A stretch of DNA of 64,000 nucleotides from Candidatus Eiseniibacteriota bacterium (GCA_963717935.1 CAVQXP010000004.1:726423-790422); one strand, 5' to 3'. Positions 11,574 through 21,633 are shown, counted from the first letter of the stretch. The notes: generated by a model from the letters alone, not told the origin. Numbers and translations: made by a program.

Positions 11574-13735
11574 GCGTGTTCCACGTCGAGTTCCTGCCGT
11601 CGGGTGTGCCGGGTCCGGAGGGGATCGCCCACCTCGTGATGGACGACCCCACACGGCGGGTGAACGTCATCGACGAGCAGGCGCTCGGGGACCTCGAGTC
11701 CGCGCTCGAGCTGCTCGAAGGCCGGCCGGACCTCGGCGGGCTGGTCGTGCGGAGCGGCAAGCCCGGCACCTTCGTCGCCGGCGCCGACGTGGACGCGATC
11801 GCCGCACTCACGGACCGCGCGCTGGCGCTGGCCCTGGTCCGGCGCGCGCAGGCGGCCTTCGCGCGCCTGGCCGCGCTGCCCTTCCCGACGGTCGCGGCCA
11901 TCGACGGGCCCTGCCTGGGCGGGGGCACCGAGCTGGCGCTGGCCTGCCGCTCGCGCGTCGCCGCTCAGGAACCGCACACGCGGATCGGGTTGCCCGAGGT
12001 CCCGCTCGGCATCATCCCGGGCTCCGGCGGAACCACGCGCCTGCCGGGACTCGTGGGGCTCTCGACCGCGCTGGACCTCATCCTCACGGGTCGCACGCTG
12101 GACGCGCGGGGCGCCGAACGCGCGGGGCTGGTCGAGCGCGCGGTGCCCGGCGTGTGGCTCATCGAGCACGCGCACCGGCGCCTGGCCGAACTGGCGGCGC
12201 GCGGGCGGAGCCACGGGCGCGCCGGCGTCCGCTGGCGGCCGCGGGGACTGCGCTCGTGGTTCATGGATGGAACGCCGTTCGGGCGGGGCCTGACGTTCGC
12301 TCGCGCGCGGGCGATGACGAAGGCGCGCACCGGCGGGCACTACCCGGCGGCGGACGCCGCGCTCAGCGTCCTGCACCACGGCTTCGCCCAGCCCATCGAG
12401 GCTTCGCTGCGGCTCGAGGCCGAGTGGGTGAGCGACCTGATCGTCGGGCCGGTGTGCAAGAACCTGGTGCGCGGCTTCCGGCTCGCCGAGCGAGCGCGCA
12501 GGGAGTCGCTGCCCGGGATGGAGGAGGCAGCCCCCGTCGAGCGGCTCCAGGTCGTAGGTGCGGGGGCGATGGGCACCGGTGTCGCCGAACTCGCCAGCCG
12601 GCACGGGATCGAGGTGCGGCTGCGCGACACCGATCCGGCCGCGCTGGCGCGCGCGATGCGCGCGGTGCGCGCGCGCGTCGCCGAACGCTCGGGCCGGCCT
12701 GGGGCCGCGCGGCACGAGACCGAGGGGCAGCTCGCGCGCATCTTCCCCAGTCCGGATCTGGCCGGCCTGAAGCGCGCGGATCTCGCGATCGAGGCGGTGG
12801 TGGAGGATCTGGACGTCAAGCGCCGGGTGTTCGGCGAACTCGAGGTCCGCATGCGACCCGACGCGGTGCTGGCGACCAACACCTCCTCGCTCTCCGTGGA
12901 CGAGCTGGCCGCGGGGCTCGAGCGCCCGCAGCGCTTCGTCGGGATGCATTTCTTCAATCCGGTCCACCGCATGCCGCTGGTCGAGGTGGTGCGCGGCGCG
13001 AAGACGTCGGCAGTGGCGCTGGCCACGGCCGTCACGCTGGCGCGGCGGCTGGGCAGGACCCCGATCGTGGTGAACGACGGACCCGGGTTCGTCGTGAACC
13101 GGGTGCTGACGCCCTATCTGCGGGAGGCGTTTCACCTGGTCGAGGATGGCTACCGCGTGGCCGACGTGGACGCGGCCATGCGGGCCTTCGGCATGCCCAG
13201 GGGGCCCTTCGAGGTGATGGACGATGTGGGCCTCGGCGTCACCGCGAACGTGGCCGCGGTCCTGGGCCGGGCGTTCCCCGGGCGCGTCGCACCCGTGCCG
13301 CAACTCGACGCTCTGCTGAAGGCGGGGCTCCTGGGACGGAAGAGCGGCGCGGGGTTCTACCGTTACTGGAGTGGACGGCGCACGCTGGATCCGCTGGCCG
13401 CGCGGCTACTGCGTCCCGCGCGCGAGCGCCGACCCGCGAGCCTCGAGGTCCTCGCCGAGCGGATGACGCTCGCCATGGTGAACGAGGCCGCGCACTGCCT
13501 CGCCGATGGCGTGGTGGCGGACGCCGGGACGCTGGACCTGGCGCTGCTCTGCGGCGCCGGTTTCCCGCCCTACCGCGGCGGTCCGCTGCGCCACGCCGAC
13601 GCGCTGGGACTCGCCAGGGTGGAAGCCCGGCTGACGGCGCTGCGCGCCGAGAAGGGCGAGCGCTTCAAGCCCGCGCCGCTCATCGAGGAACTCGCGGCCC
13701 GGGGCGGAACGTTCACGGAGCCGGCGAGCGGGTAG
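11570..13735 (+). CDS. fadB: Fatty-acid oxidation complex alpha subunit (enoyl-CoA hydratase / 3-hydroxyacyl-CoA dehydrogenase)
   Basis: N-terminal crotonase fold FVAGADV...DGPCLGGGTELALAC. Central GAGAMGTG Rossmann motif. 721 aa. Confidence 0.85.
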   Translation: MSVFHVEFLPSGVPGPEGIAHLVMDDPTRRVNVIDEQALGDLESALELLEGRPDLGGLVVRSGKPGTFVAGADVDAIAALTDRALALALVRRAQAAFARLAALPFPTVAAIDGPCLGGGTELALACRSRVAAQEPHTRIGLPEVPLGIIPGSGGTTRLPGLVGLSTALDLILTGRTLDARGAERAGLVERAVPGVWLIEHAHRRLAELAARGRSHGRAGVRWRPRGLRSWFMDGTPFGRGLTFARARAMTKARTGGHYPAADAALSVLHHGFAQPIEASLRLEAEWVSDLIVGPVCKNLVRGFRLAERARRESLPGMEEAAPVERLQVVGAGAMGTGVAELASRHGIEVRLRDTDPAALARAMRAVRARVAERSGRPGAARHETEGQLARIFPSPDLAGLKRADLAIEAVVEDLDVKRRVFGELEVRMRPDAVLATNTSSLSVDELAAGLERPQRFVGMHFFNPVHRMPLVEVVRGAKTSAVALATAVTLARRLGRTPIVVNDGPGFVVNRVLTPYLREAFHLVEDGYRVADVDAAMRAFGMPRGPFEVMDDVGLGVTANVAAVLGRAFPGRVAPVPQLDALLKAGLLGRKSGAGFYRYWSGRRTLDPLAARLLRPARERRPASLEVLAERMTLAMVNEAAHCLADGVVADAGTLDLALLCGAGFPPYRGGPLRHADALGLARVEARLTALRAEKGERFKPAPLIEELAARGGTFTEPASG

Positions 13736-13740
13736 GCCCG

Positions 13741-13754
13741 CACCGCCGGCGGTG
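13741..13754 (+). terminator. Perfect 14-nt GC palindrome CACCGCCGGCGGTG 6 nt after the fadB stop; possible terminator hairpin
   Basis: The sequence is self-complementary. No U-tract follows. Confidence 0.3.
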
Positions 13755-14453
13755 GCCGCCCGGCGGCGCACGCTCCGACCGGAATGCGGAAACGCCCGGC
13801 TGGTGGGCCGGGCGTCTGCCGTGGGAGGCCGGAGCTTGCCCACTCCGGGACCCTGCTCGCAACTCTGGAACACTCGCACGACTGGCTAGCTCGCTCGCCA
13901 CGTTCTCGCGTACGTGACGCTACTATTGACGCTCCGAACGGCCGATAAGTTGCAACGCGCGCGCAAAGAACGCGGCGAAGGGGACCAGCGCGGTGGTGCG
14001 GGCGACGAAAGCCGCGTTCATTGGGGTTTTCGCGGGCCTTGCTTGACTTCCTGCTGACCTCGGGCATAGTTGATTCGGGTTTTCGGGCCCACCCCCATGG
14101 GGGGGCACACGGGTCCGACGGCTGTTCCCCCGCTTACCGCGGCCGTCCGGCCGCGCGACCCGAGCGCGGGGGTGCTGACGGGAGCACCGGTACACGGCCA
14201 TGGATCTGCTGTCGCGCTCGAGGGGCTCGTCGCCTGACCGGGAGACGGGTTCTTTTCATTGGTGCGCGGGTGGCCACGGCCCGGCCGTGTCTTTCGCCCG
14301 ATTCTCCGCGGCGGCGTTCGCGCCGGCGCGGTACCTGATCCGGCTGGCTCCGCGCCATGCGGGCCGGACCGACTTCGCCGTTCCTACCGCCGTTGGGCAC
14401 TCCGACACGCACGTCGTCGCGGTCGCCCCCGGCCGGGCTTCCAGGAGAGACTC

Positions 14454-15740
14454 ATGAGCACGAAGGGGTTCAATTCGTTCGAGATCGCCCAGGCCCAGTT
14501 CGACCAGGTCGCCGCACTGCTCGATCTGGACGCCGGGACGCGCGAGTTCCTGCGCTGGCCGATGCGGGAGTACGCCTTCAGCATCCCGGTGCGCATGGAC
14601 GACGGGCACGTGAAGGTCTTCCGCGGCTTCCGCGTGCAGCACAACGACGCCCGCGGACCCTCGAAGGGTGGCATCCGCTTCCACCCGCAGGAGACCGTGG
14701 ACACGGTGCGCGCCCTCTCCATGTGGATGACCTGGAAGTGCGCGGTGGTGGACATCCCGCTGGGCGGCGGCAAGGGCGGCGTGATCTGCGACCCGCACAA
14801 CCTGAGTGCCCGCGAGCAGGAGCAGATCTGCCGTGGCTGGGTGCGGCAGCTGGTGCGCAACGTGGGTCCGGTCCAGGACGTCCCGGCGCCCGACGTCATG
14901 ACCAACGCGCAGCACATGCTGTGGATGCTCGACGAGTTCGAGGCGGTGCGCGGCGGCCGCTACCCCGGGTTCATCACCGGCAAGCCCGTCGGCCTGGGTG
15001 GCTCGCTGGGGCGCACCGAAGCGACCGGCTACGGCGTGGTCTTCACGCTGCGCGAGGCGCTGCGCGAGCACGGCGTCGCGGTCGAATCCACGCGCGCCAG
15101 CGTGCAGGGCTTCGGCAACGTGTCCCAGTACGCCATCCGGCTCTACGAGCAGCTCGGCGGCAAGGTCATCTGCGTGTCCTCGTGGGACCAGAAGGACCAG
15201 GCCTCGTATTCCTTCAAGCGGGTCTCCGGCGTGGACATGGACCAGCTGGTGGGCATCACCGACGTCTTCGGCGGCATCGACAAGGAGAAGGCGAAGAAGC
15301 TCGGCTACGAGGTGCTGCCGGGCGACGCGTGGATCGAGCAGCCGGTCGAGATCCTGATGCCCTGCGCGCTCGAGAACCAGATCACGCCCGTGACCGTGAA
15401 GAAGATCCACGCGGCCGTGAAGTTCGTGGCCGAGGGCGCCAATGGTCCCACCACCACCGAGGCCGACGCGGTGCTCAAGGACCGGGGGATCTACCTGATC
15501 CCGGACTTCCTGGCCAACGCGGGCGGCGTGACCTGCAGCTACTTCGAGCAGGTGCAGTGCAACATGAACTACTACTGGGACAAGGACGAGGTGCTGGGCA
15601 AGCTCGACAGCAAGATGACCTCGGCCTTCCTCGCGGTGAGCGAGCTGGCGCGCGAGCGCAAGCTGTACATGCGTGACGCCGCCTATGTCATCGCCATCAA
15701 CCGCGTCGCCCAGGCCTGCAAGGACCGCGGCTGGGTGTGA
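14454..15740 (+). CDS. gdhA: NAD(P)-dependent glutamate dehydrogenase
   Basis: Catalytic Lys motif PSKGGIRFH. Glycine-rich DIPLGGGKGGV. AGGAGA lies 5 nt before the ATG at 14454. Confidence 0.85.
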   Translation: MSTKGFNSFEIAQAQFDQVAALLDLDAGTREFLRWPMREYAFSIPVRMDDGHVKVFRGFRVQHNDARGPSKGGIRFHPQETVDTVRALSMWMTWKCAVVDIPLGGGKGGVICDPHNLSAREQEQICRGWVRQLVRNVGPVQDVPAPDVMTNAQHMLWMLDEFEAVRGGRYPGFITGKPVGLGGSLGRTEATGYGVVFTLREALREHGVAVESTRASVQGFGNVSQYAIRLYEQLGGKVICVSSWDQKDQASYSFKRVSGVDMDQLVGITDVFGGIDKEKAKKLGYEVLPGDAWIEQPVEILMPCALENQITPVTVKKIHAAVKFVAEGANGPTTTEADAVLKDRGIYLIPDFLANAGGVTCSYFEQVQCNMNYYWDKDEVLGKLDSKMTSAFLAVSELARERKLYMRDAAYVIAINRVAQACKDRGWV

Positions 15741-15792
15741 CGGCGGGAGCCGGGGCGGCGCGCGACGCCGCCCCGGCGACGCGGTCCCGACC

Positions 15793-17595
15793 ATGAACAG
15801 CGACGCTACGGGCGGCCAGGGGTTGCCGCGGTTCGACCGCCGCTTCTTCGAGGGGCGGGAGACCTTCACCACCATCGGCTCGGGCGCTCTCGGGGGCAAG
15901 GCCTCGGGATTGCTCGCCGCGCGTGAAGCGCTGGCGGACCGGCCGGCGGCCCTGCGCCATGAGGACCTGGAGATCTCGGTCCCGACGCTCACCGTGATCA
16001 CCACCAACGCGTTCGACCTGTTCCTCGAGCGTAACCGCCTCCACGAGCTGGTCTACTCGGGCTCCGACGACCGCCAGATCGCGGCCGCGCTGCAGCGAGC
16101 GGAGCTTCCCACGGAGATCGTGGGCGACCTGTGGGCGCTCGTCCGGCGGGTCCACACGCCGCTGGCGGTGCGCTCTTCGAGCCTGCTCGAGGACGCGCTG
16201 GCGCACCCGTTCGCCGGCGTGTACGCGACCAAGATGATCCCCAACAACCCGCACGACCCCGAGACCCGCTTTCGCAAGCTGGTCGAGGCGGTCAAGTTCG
16301 TCTACGCCTCGACCTTCTTCCGCGCGGCGCGCACCTACGTGCGCGTGGCCGGCCGGAAGCCGGAGGAGGAGAAGATGGCGGTGATCGTGCAGGAGGTGGT
16401 GGGGCACCGGCACGGCCCGCGCTTCTACCCCGAGGTCGCGGGGGTGGCCCGCTCGTGGAACTTCTACCCGACGGGACACGCGCAGCCGGCCGACGGTGTG
16501 CTGGACCTGGCGCTCGGTCTGGGCCGGACCATCGTGGACGGCGGGCGCGCGTGGACCTGCTCGCCCGCCCACCCGCGCTCGGTGCCGCCGTTCAACTCGG
16601 TGGGCCACATGATCGAGCAGAGCCAGAGCGAGTTCTGGGCGGTGAACATGGGCCCGCCTCCGGCGTACGACCCCACGATCGAGACGGAATACCTGGTGCA
16701 GGCGGGCCTCGCCGACGCCGAGGCGGACGGGACGCTGGTCCACGTCGCCTCGACCTACGACCCCGACTCGGACCGCGTCGTCATGGGGGTGGGATCCAGC
16801 GGCCCGCGCATCGTGGATTTCGCGCCGATGCTGCGGCTGGCGCGGTGGCCGGTGATCGAGGCGGTGCGCGGCCTGCTCGCGCTCTTCGCCGCCCGCCTGG
16901 GCGCCCCCGTGGAGATCGAGTTCGCGCTCACCTTCCCCGACCCGTCTGCGAAGGGTGCCCGGCCTTCCCCCGGCGCCCCGGAGGGCCTCCCCGCCCGCCT
17001 GGGCTTCCTGCAGGTGCGGCCGATGCTGGTCAGCAGCCAGACGGTCGAGATCGGGGAGGATGAACTTGCCGGTCCGCGGGCCGTGGTGCGCTCCGAGCAC
17101 GTCATGGGGAACGGGGTCATCGAGGGCCTCCGCGATGTCGTGTACGTGAAGCCCGAGGTCTTCGAGGCGCGCCATACGCCGGCGATCGCCGCGGAGGTGG
17201 ACCGCCTGAACCAGGCGCTGGTCGAGGAGGGCCGGTCCTGCGTGCTGGTCGGCTTCGGCCGCTGGGGCAGCGCCGATCCCTGGCTGGGCATCCCGGTCGA
17301 GTGGGCCCAGATCGCGAGCGCACGCGTCATCGTCGAGGCGAGCCTGCCGGCCATGAACGTGGACATGAGCCAGGGCGCGCATTTCTTTCACAACCTGCTG
17401 AGCTTCCGCGTGGTCTACTTCTCCGTGCCGGGCCTCGACGCGTCGGGGATCGACTGGGAGTGGCTGCGCGGGCTCCCGGCCCGGCGGGAGACCGATTTCG
17501 TACGGCACGTGGAGACGCCGGCGCCCCTGCTCGTGAGGGTGGACGGCCGCCGGGGCCGGGGTGTGGTGCTGCGCGGCATGGGGGGGGACGCATGA
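15793..17595 (+). CDS. PEP/pyruvate-binding (PPDK_N, ATP-grasp-like) domain protein
   Basis: VRSSSLLEDALAHPFAGVYATK and MAVIVQEVVGHRHGPRFYPEVAGVARS match the nucleotide-binding domain of PEP synthase / pyruvate phosphate dikinase. Starts 53 nt after gdhA. Confidence 0.65.
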   Translation: MNSDATGGQGLPRFDRRFFEGRETFTTIGSGALGGKASGLLAAREALADRPAALRHEDLEISVPTLTVITTNAFDLFLERNRLHELVYSGSDDRQIAAALQRAELPTEIVGDLWALVRRVHTPLAVRSSSLLEDALAHPFAGVYATKMIPNNPHDPETRFRKLVEAVKFVYASTFFRAARTYVRVAGRKPEEEKMAVIVQEVVGHRHGPRFYPEVAGVARSWNFYPTGHAQPADGVLDLALGLGRTIVDGGRAWTCSPAHPRSVPPFNSVGHMIEQSQSEFWAVNMGPPPAYDPTIETEYLVQAGLADAEADGTLVHVASTYDPDSDRVVMGVGSSGPRIVDFAPMLRLARWPVIEAVRGLLALFAARLGAPVEIEFALTFPDPSAKGARPSPGAPEGLPARLGFLQVRPMLVSSQTVEIGEDELAGPRAVVRSEHVMGNGVIEGLRDVVYVKPEVFEARHTPAIAAEVDRLNQALVEEGRSCVLVGFGRWGSADPWLGIPVEWAQIASARVIVEASLPAMNVDMSQGAHFFHNLLSFRVVYFSVPGLDASGIDWEWLRGLPARRETDFVRHVETPAPLLVRVDGRRGRGVVLRGMGGDA

Positions 17596-20500
17596 CCGAA
17601 CAGGGGCCGATGGACGAGATCCTGAAGGCGTTGCAGGAACGGGCCAAGGAGCTCAACTGCCTCTACCGCATCGACGAGATCGTGCACGACGTGGAGCGGC
17701 CGGTCGAGGATTTGCTGCGCGCGGTGGCCGAGGCGCTGCCGCAGGGCGTGCAGTACCCGGCGCACTGCGTGGCGCGCTGCGTGCTGCGCGATCTCGACGT
17801 GCGCGGCGCGGACTTCGTCGAGACCCCGTGGAAGCTCTCGGCGCCCATCGTCATCTCGAACCGGCGGGTCGGCGAGCTGTGCATCTACTACACGCAGCAG
17901 ATGCCCAGGGCCGACGAGGGGCCGTTCCTCAAGGAGGAGCGCAGGCTCATCGATGCGGCCGCCGACCGTGTCGCCCGGGCCGTCCAGCACCGCGAGCTGA
18001 CCGAGGTGTTCGGGCGCACGCAGATCGGCCACTCCGCGGTGGACGCCGTGCTCCGCCAGGACTGGAGCATCATCCTCGACCTGCTGCGCCGCACCGACCA
18101 GAACCTGTACAACCAGGTCGCGCGCAAGATGCTGAACCACCTGTCCTGGAGCGGCATCGAGGAAGCCAAGGAGCTGCTCCTCAGCATCGCCGGCCCGGAG
18201 GAGGCGTGGGAGCCCGGTGACGAGAATCGCCCGACGCGGCGCAACGCGCCCAAGGACTTCGAGGTCATCAGCGCCGAGACCTTTGAGATCGCGGCTGCCC
18301 ACCTGAGCGAGCAGGAGCTGCTCAGCAGCATCCAGACCTGGATCAAGGAGGACCGGCTCAACTTCCTGGTGCTTGCGCTCGAGAGCAGCAACACCTCGCT
18401 GCCCGAGATCGCCAACGCGCTGGAGCGCTACCACCACACGGGCCTGGACGTGCGCGAGCTGTCGCCCGCCATGCACCTGGGTCTCAAGGTCTCGCTCATC
18501 CGGCGCCTGCTCACCGACAACCTCGAGTTCATCAACACCTGCCGGCCGTGGGTGGAGATCGATGACTTCGTGGACCTCGTCAGCCACACCATCCTGCTGC
18601 CACATAGCCACGGCCGGGTGGGCGGCAAGGCCAGCGGGCTCCTGCTGGCGCGGCACGTCCTGCGGCGCTCTCCCGAGCACCGCGAGCTGCTGGACGGGGT
18701 CAAGGTGCCCCGGACCTGGTACGTGCCCTCGGACGGTCTCCTCCAGTTCCTCGCCTACAACAACCTTGACGACGTCTACAACTGGAAGTACCGCGACTTG
18801 GACGAGATCCGGCAGGAATACCCGCACATGCTCCAGGTCTTCAAGAGCTCGCGTTTCCCGGCCGAGTTCGTGCAGGGGCTCTCGACCGCGCTCGACGACC
18901 TCGGCGACCGGCCGCTCATCGTGCGCAGCTCGAGCCTGCTCGAGGACCGCGCGGGCGCGGCCTTCTCGGGGAAGTACAAGAGCCTGTTCCTCGCGAACCA
19001 GGGCCGCAAGGCCGACCGGCTGGCGGCCCTGCTGGACGCCATCGCCGAGGTCTACGGCTCGGTCTTCGGCCCGGATCCTCTCCAGTACCGCGCGGAGCGC
19101 GGGTTGCTCGAGCATCACGAAGAGATGGGCATCATGATCCAGGAGGTGGTGGGCATGCGCGTGGGCCGCTACTTCCTGCCTTCGTTCGCGGGCGTCGGCT
19201 TCAGCAACAACGAGCTGCGCTGGTCGCCCCGCATCCGGCGCGACGACGGGTTGCTGCGCCTGGTGCCGGGTCTCGGCACGCGCGCGGTGGACCGTCTGGC
19301 CGATGACTACCCGATCCTGGTCGCGCCGGGGCAGCCAGGGCTGCGCGTCAACGTCACCCCGGAGGAGGTCTGCCGCTACTCGCCGCGCAAGGTCGACGTC
19401 ATCAATCTGGAGACCAACTCCTTCGAGACCGTGGACCGCCACACCCTGCTGAAAGAAGTCGGCGGACACCTCCCCAGGCTCGCCCAGATCGTCTCGCTCT
19501 ACGAGCACGACATGCTGCGGCGCCCCGGCGGCCTCGACCTGCGCTTCAACGAGGACAACCTGATCTTCACCTTCGAGGGCCTGTTGACGAACACCGACTT
19601 CGTGCCGCGCATGCAGGCCGTCCTCAAGGTCCTGCGCGAGGCGCAGGGCGTACCGGTGGACATCGAGTTCGCCTCGAACGGAGACGAACTCTACCTGCTG
19701 CAGTGCCGGCCCCAGAGTCACGCGCCGGACACCGCGCCGGCACCCATCCCGCGCGACCTGCCGCAGGAGCGCGTGCTGTTCTCCGCCAACCGCTATGTCT
19801 CGAACGGCGCCGTGCCCGACATCACGCACATCGTCTACGTGGACCCCGATGGCTACAGCCGGCTGGGCGACCTGAACGAGTTGCGCGACGTGAGCCGCGC
19901 CGTCAGCAGTCTCAACAAGATCCTGCCCAAGCGCCAGTTCGTCCTCATGGGACCGGGGCGCTGGGGCAGCCGCGGCGATGTCAAGCTGGGCGTGAGCGTG
20001 ACGTATTCCGACATCAACAACACCGCGATGCTGATCGAGGTCGCGCGCAAGAAGGGCAACTACGTCCCGGATCTCTCGTTCGGCACGCACTTCTTCCAGG
20101 ACCTCATCGAGTCAGGGATCCGCTACCTGCCGCTCTACCCCGACGATCCGGGCGTGGCCTTCAACGAGCCGTTCTTCCGCAAGTCCGAGAACGTCCTGGC
20201 CCGGCTGCTGCCGGACCTCGCGTACCTCGCGGACACCGTGCGGGTGATCGACGTGCCGGAGGCCGCGGGTGGCCAGGTGCTGCGCGTGCTCATGAACGCC
20301 GACCTCGAGGAGGCCGTGGGCGTGCTGGCCCCGCCGGGCGTGGCCGTGGTCACGTCGGCAGCGCTGCCGAGCCCCACGGCGCGGCCGGCGGAGGACCACT
20401 GGCGCTGGCGGTTGCGCATGGCGCAGAAGGTCGCCGCGGACCTCGATCCCGCGCGCTTCGGCGTCCACGCTTTCTACGTCTTCGGCAGCACGAAGAACGC

Positions 20501-20771
20501 CTCGGCCGGGCCCGGCAGCGACATCGACGTCATCATCCACTTCAGGGGCACGCCGGAGCAGCGCCGGGAGCTGGAACTCTGGCTCGAGGGCTGGAGCCTG
20601 TGCCTTGCGGAGATGAACTTCCTGCGCACCGGCTACCACAGCGAGGGCCTGCTGGACGTGCACCTCGTCACCGACGAAGACCTCGTGCGGCAGACCAGCT
20701 ACGCGGCCAAGATCGGGGCCATCACGGACGCCGCGCGTCCGCTCATGCTGGGAGGCCCGGCGGCGGGATGA
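17592..20771 (+). CDS. Large multidomain protein: GAF-like N-terminus, PPDK_N PEP/pyruvate-binding domain, and a C-terminal Pol-beta-type nucleotidyltransferase domain
   Basis: ATGA overlap with the previous CDS. N-terminus ELNCLYRIDEIV...CIYYTQQMP. Central part SHGRVGGKASGLLLARHV...LIVRSSSLLEDRAGAAFSGKYKSLFL...MGIMIQEVVGMRVGRYFLPSFAGVGFS. C-terminus FGVHAFYVFGSTKNASAGPGSDIDVIIHF, a GS...DxD nucleotidyltransferase motif. Confidence 0.65.
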   Translation: MTEQGPMDEILKALQERAKELNCLYRIDEIVHDVERPVEDLLRAVAEALPQGVQYPAHCVARCVLRDLDVRGADFVETPWKLSAPIVISNRRVGELCIYYTQQMPRADEGPFLKEERRLIDAAADRVARAVQHRELTEVFGRTQIGHSAVDAVLRQDWSIILDLLRRTDQNLYNQVARKMLNHLSWSGIEEAKELLLSIAGPEEAWEPGDENRPTRRNAPKDFEVISAETFEIAAAHLSEQELLSSIQTWIKEDRLNFLVLALESSNTSLPEIANALERYHHTGLDVRELSPAMHLGLKVSLIRRLLTDNLEFINTCRPWVEIDDFVDLVSHTILLPHSHGRVGGKASGLLLARHVLRRSPEHRELLDGVKVPRTWYVPSDGLLQFLAYNNLDDVYNWKYRDLDEIRQEYPHMLQVFKSSRFPAEFVQGLSTALDDLGDRPLIVRSSSLLEDRAGAAFSGKYKSLFLANQGRKADRLAALLDAIAEVYGSVFGPDPLQYRAERGLLEHHEEMGIMIQEVVGMRVGRYFLPSFAGVGFSNNELRWSPRIRRDDGLLRLVPGLGTRAVDRLADDYPILVAPGQPGLRVNVTPEEVCRYSPRKVDVINLETNSFETVDRHTLLKEVGGHLPRLAQIVSLYEHDMLRRPGGLDLRFNEDNLIFTFEGLLTNTDFVPRMQAVLKVLREAQGVPVDIEFASNGDELYLLQCRPQSHAPDTAPAPIPRDLPQERVLFSANRYVSNGAVPDITHIVYVDPDGYSRLGDLNELRDVSRAVSSLNKILPKRQFVLMGPGRWGSRGDVKLGVSVTYSDINNTAMLIEVARKKGNYVPDLSFGTHFFQDLIESGIRYLPLYPDDPGVAFNEPFFRKSENVLARLLPDLAYLADTVRVIDVPEAAGGQVLRVLMNADLEEAVGVLAPPGVAVVTSAALPSPTARPAEDHWRWRLRMAQKVAADLDPARFGVHAFYVFGSTKNASAGPGSDIDVIIHFRGTPEQRRELELWLEGWSLCLAEMNFLRTGYHSEGLLDVHLVTDEDLVRQTSYAAKIGAITDAARPLMLGGPAAG

Positions 20772-21621
20772 GCGCGCGGGTCGCCTGCCCGGGCGACTCG
20801 AGATCGAAGCGCACCAGCGCCAGCTCGGGGCCGTCGTGGGCGGCCGAGAGACAGTGCGTGCGCCCGAGGCGGTCGCGCCAATCGCCGGTGAGCCGCGCTG
20901 ACTCGTGCACGTGGCCGTGGAGCGAGAGCAGCGGCTGGCGCGCCTCGAGGAAGCGTCGGACGGCGATGCTCCCCACGTGCGGGTCGAGCGGGACGTGGTC
21001 CACGGTCTGGCCGTCGAGCGCCGCGCGGTCGAGCCGCGTGTCGTAGGGCGGCGCGTGGAAGAGGAAGACCCCCCGGGCGAGGTCCCCGGCGCCGGCGAGC
21101 CGCTCGAGGTCTTCGCGGATCGTGGCGTTGCGTGCCTCGCCCTCGTGCAGCGGGACCGTGCGCCAGCCCTCCTCGGGTGAGGTGCAGCCGGGGTCCACGT
21201 GGCGCGAGACGTCGTAGCGCTCCCAGTCCTTGAGCGCGAAGGGCGTGGGGGGCACGCAGGCGTAGCCGAAGACCGTCCAGTCGCCGAACGGGATGCGCCG
21301 CCCGTGCGCGTATTCCCAGACGCCCGTCGCGGCGGCCTCGATCACGCTCTCCTCCTCGGCGCGCCCGTCGTCGTTGCCGAGGATGAGGAAGACCCGCGGT
21401 GCCGCGGCGCCGAGGTCCTCGCGCACGCGCGTGAAGCCGGGTGCGAGGACCTCCCGCACGAAGTCGCCGTCCGCGGCGCCGACCGCCGCGGCGAGGCCGG
21501 AGGGTAGGAGGTCTCCGCCCAGGAACACGGCGGCCGGACGTTCGGCGCGGATCACCGTGAACAGCGCCGCGTAACGCCCGGCCGCGCCGTGCAGGTCGGC
21601 GACGAAGAGGCAGCGGGTCAT
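20743..21621 (-). CDS. Calcineurin-like metallophosphoesterase
   Basis: LFVADLHG, GGDLL, LGNDDG and LHGHVHE phosphoesterase motifs. 12 nt downstream of ftsH on the same strand. Its 3' end overlaps the convergent multidomain gene by 29 nt. Confidence 0.75.
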   Translation of the reverse strand: MTRCLFVADLHGAAGRYAALFTVIRAERPAAVFLGGDLLPSGLAAAVGAADGDFVREVLAPGFTRVREDLGAAAPRVFLILGNDDGRAEEESVIEAAATGVWEYAHGRRIPFGDWTVFGYACVPPTPFALKDWERYDVSRHVDPGCTSPEEGWRTVPLHEGEARNATIREDLERLAGAGDLARGVFLFHAPPYDTRLDRAALDGQTVDHVPLDPHVGSIAVRRFLEARQPLLSLHGHVHESARLTGDWRDRLGRTHCLSAAHDGPELALVRFDLESPGQATRALIPPPGLPA

Positions 21622-21633
21622 GAAAAGTCCGGG

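Noticed and set aside
11303-13303. A 666-aa minus-strand ORF
   Set aside because: It is antisense to fadB.
14021-14457. Small ORFs (105 aa and 85 aa) in the gdhA upstream gap
   Set aside because: They are low-complexity and overlap each other. They have no RBS or family signal and are more likely part of a non-coding leader.
17415-20090. An 891-aa minus-strand ORF
   Set aside because: It is antisense to the PPDK_N/nucleotidyltransferase multidomain gene, which has clear motifs.
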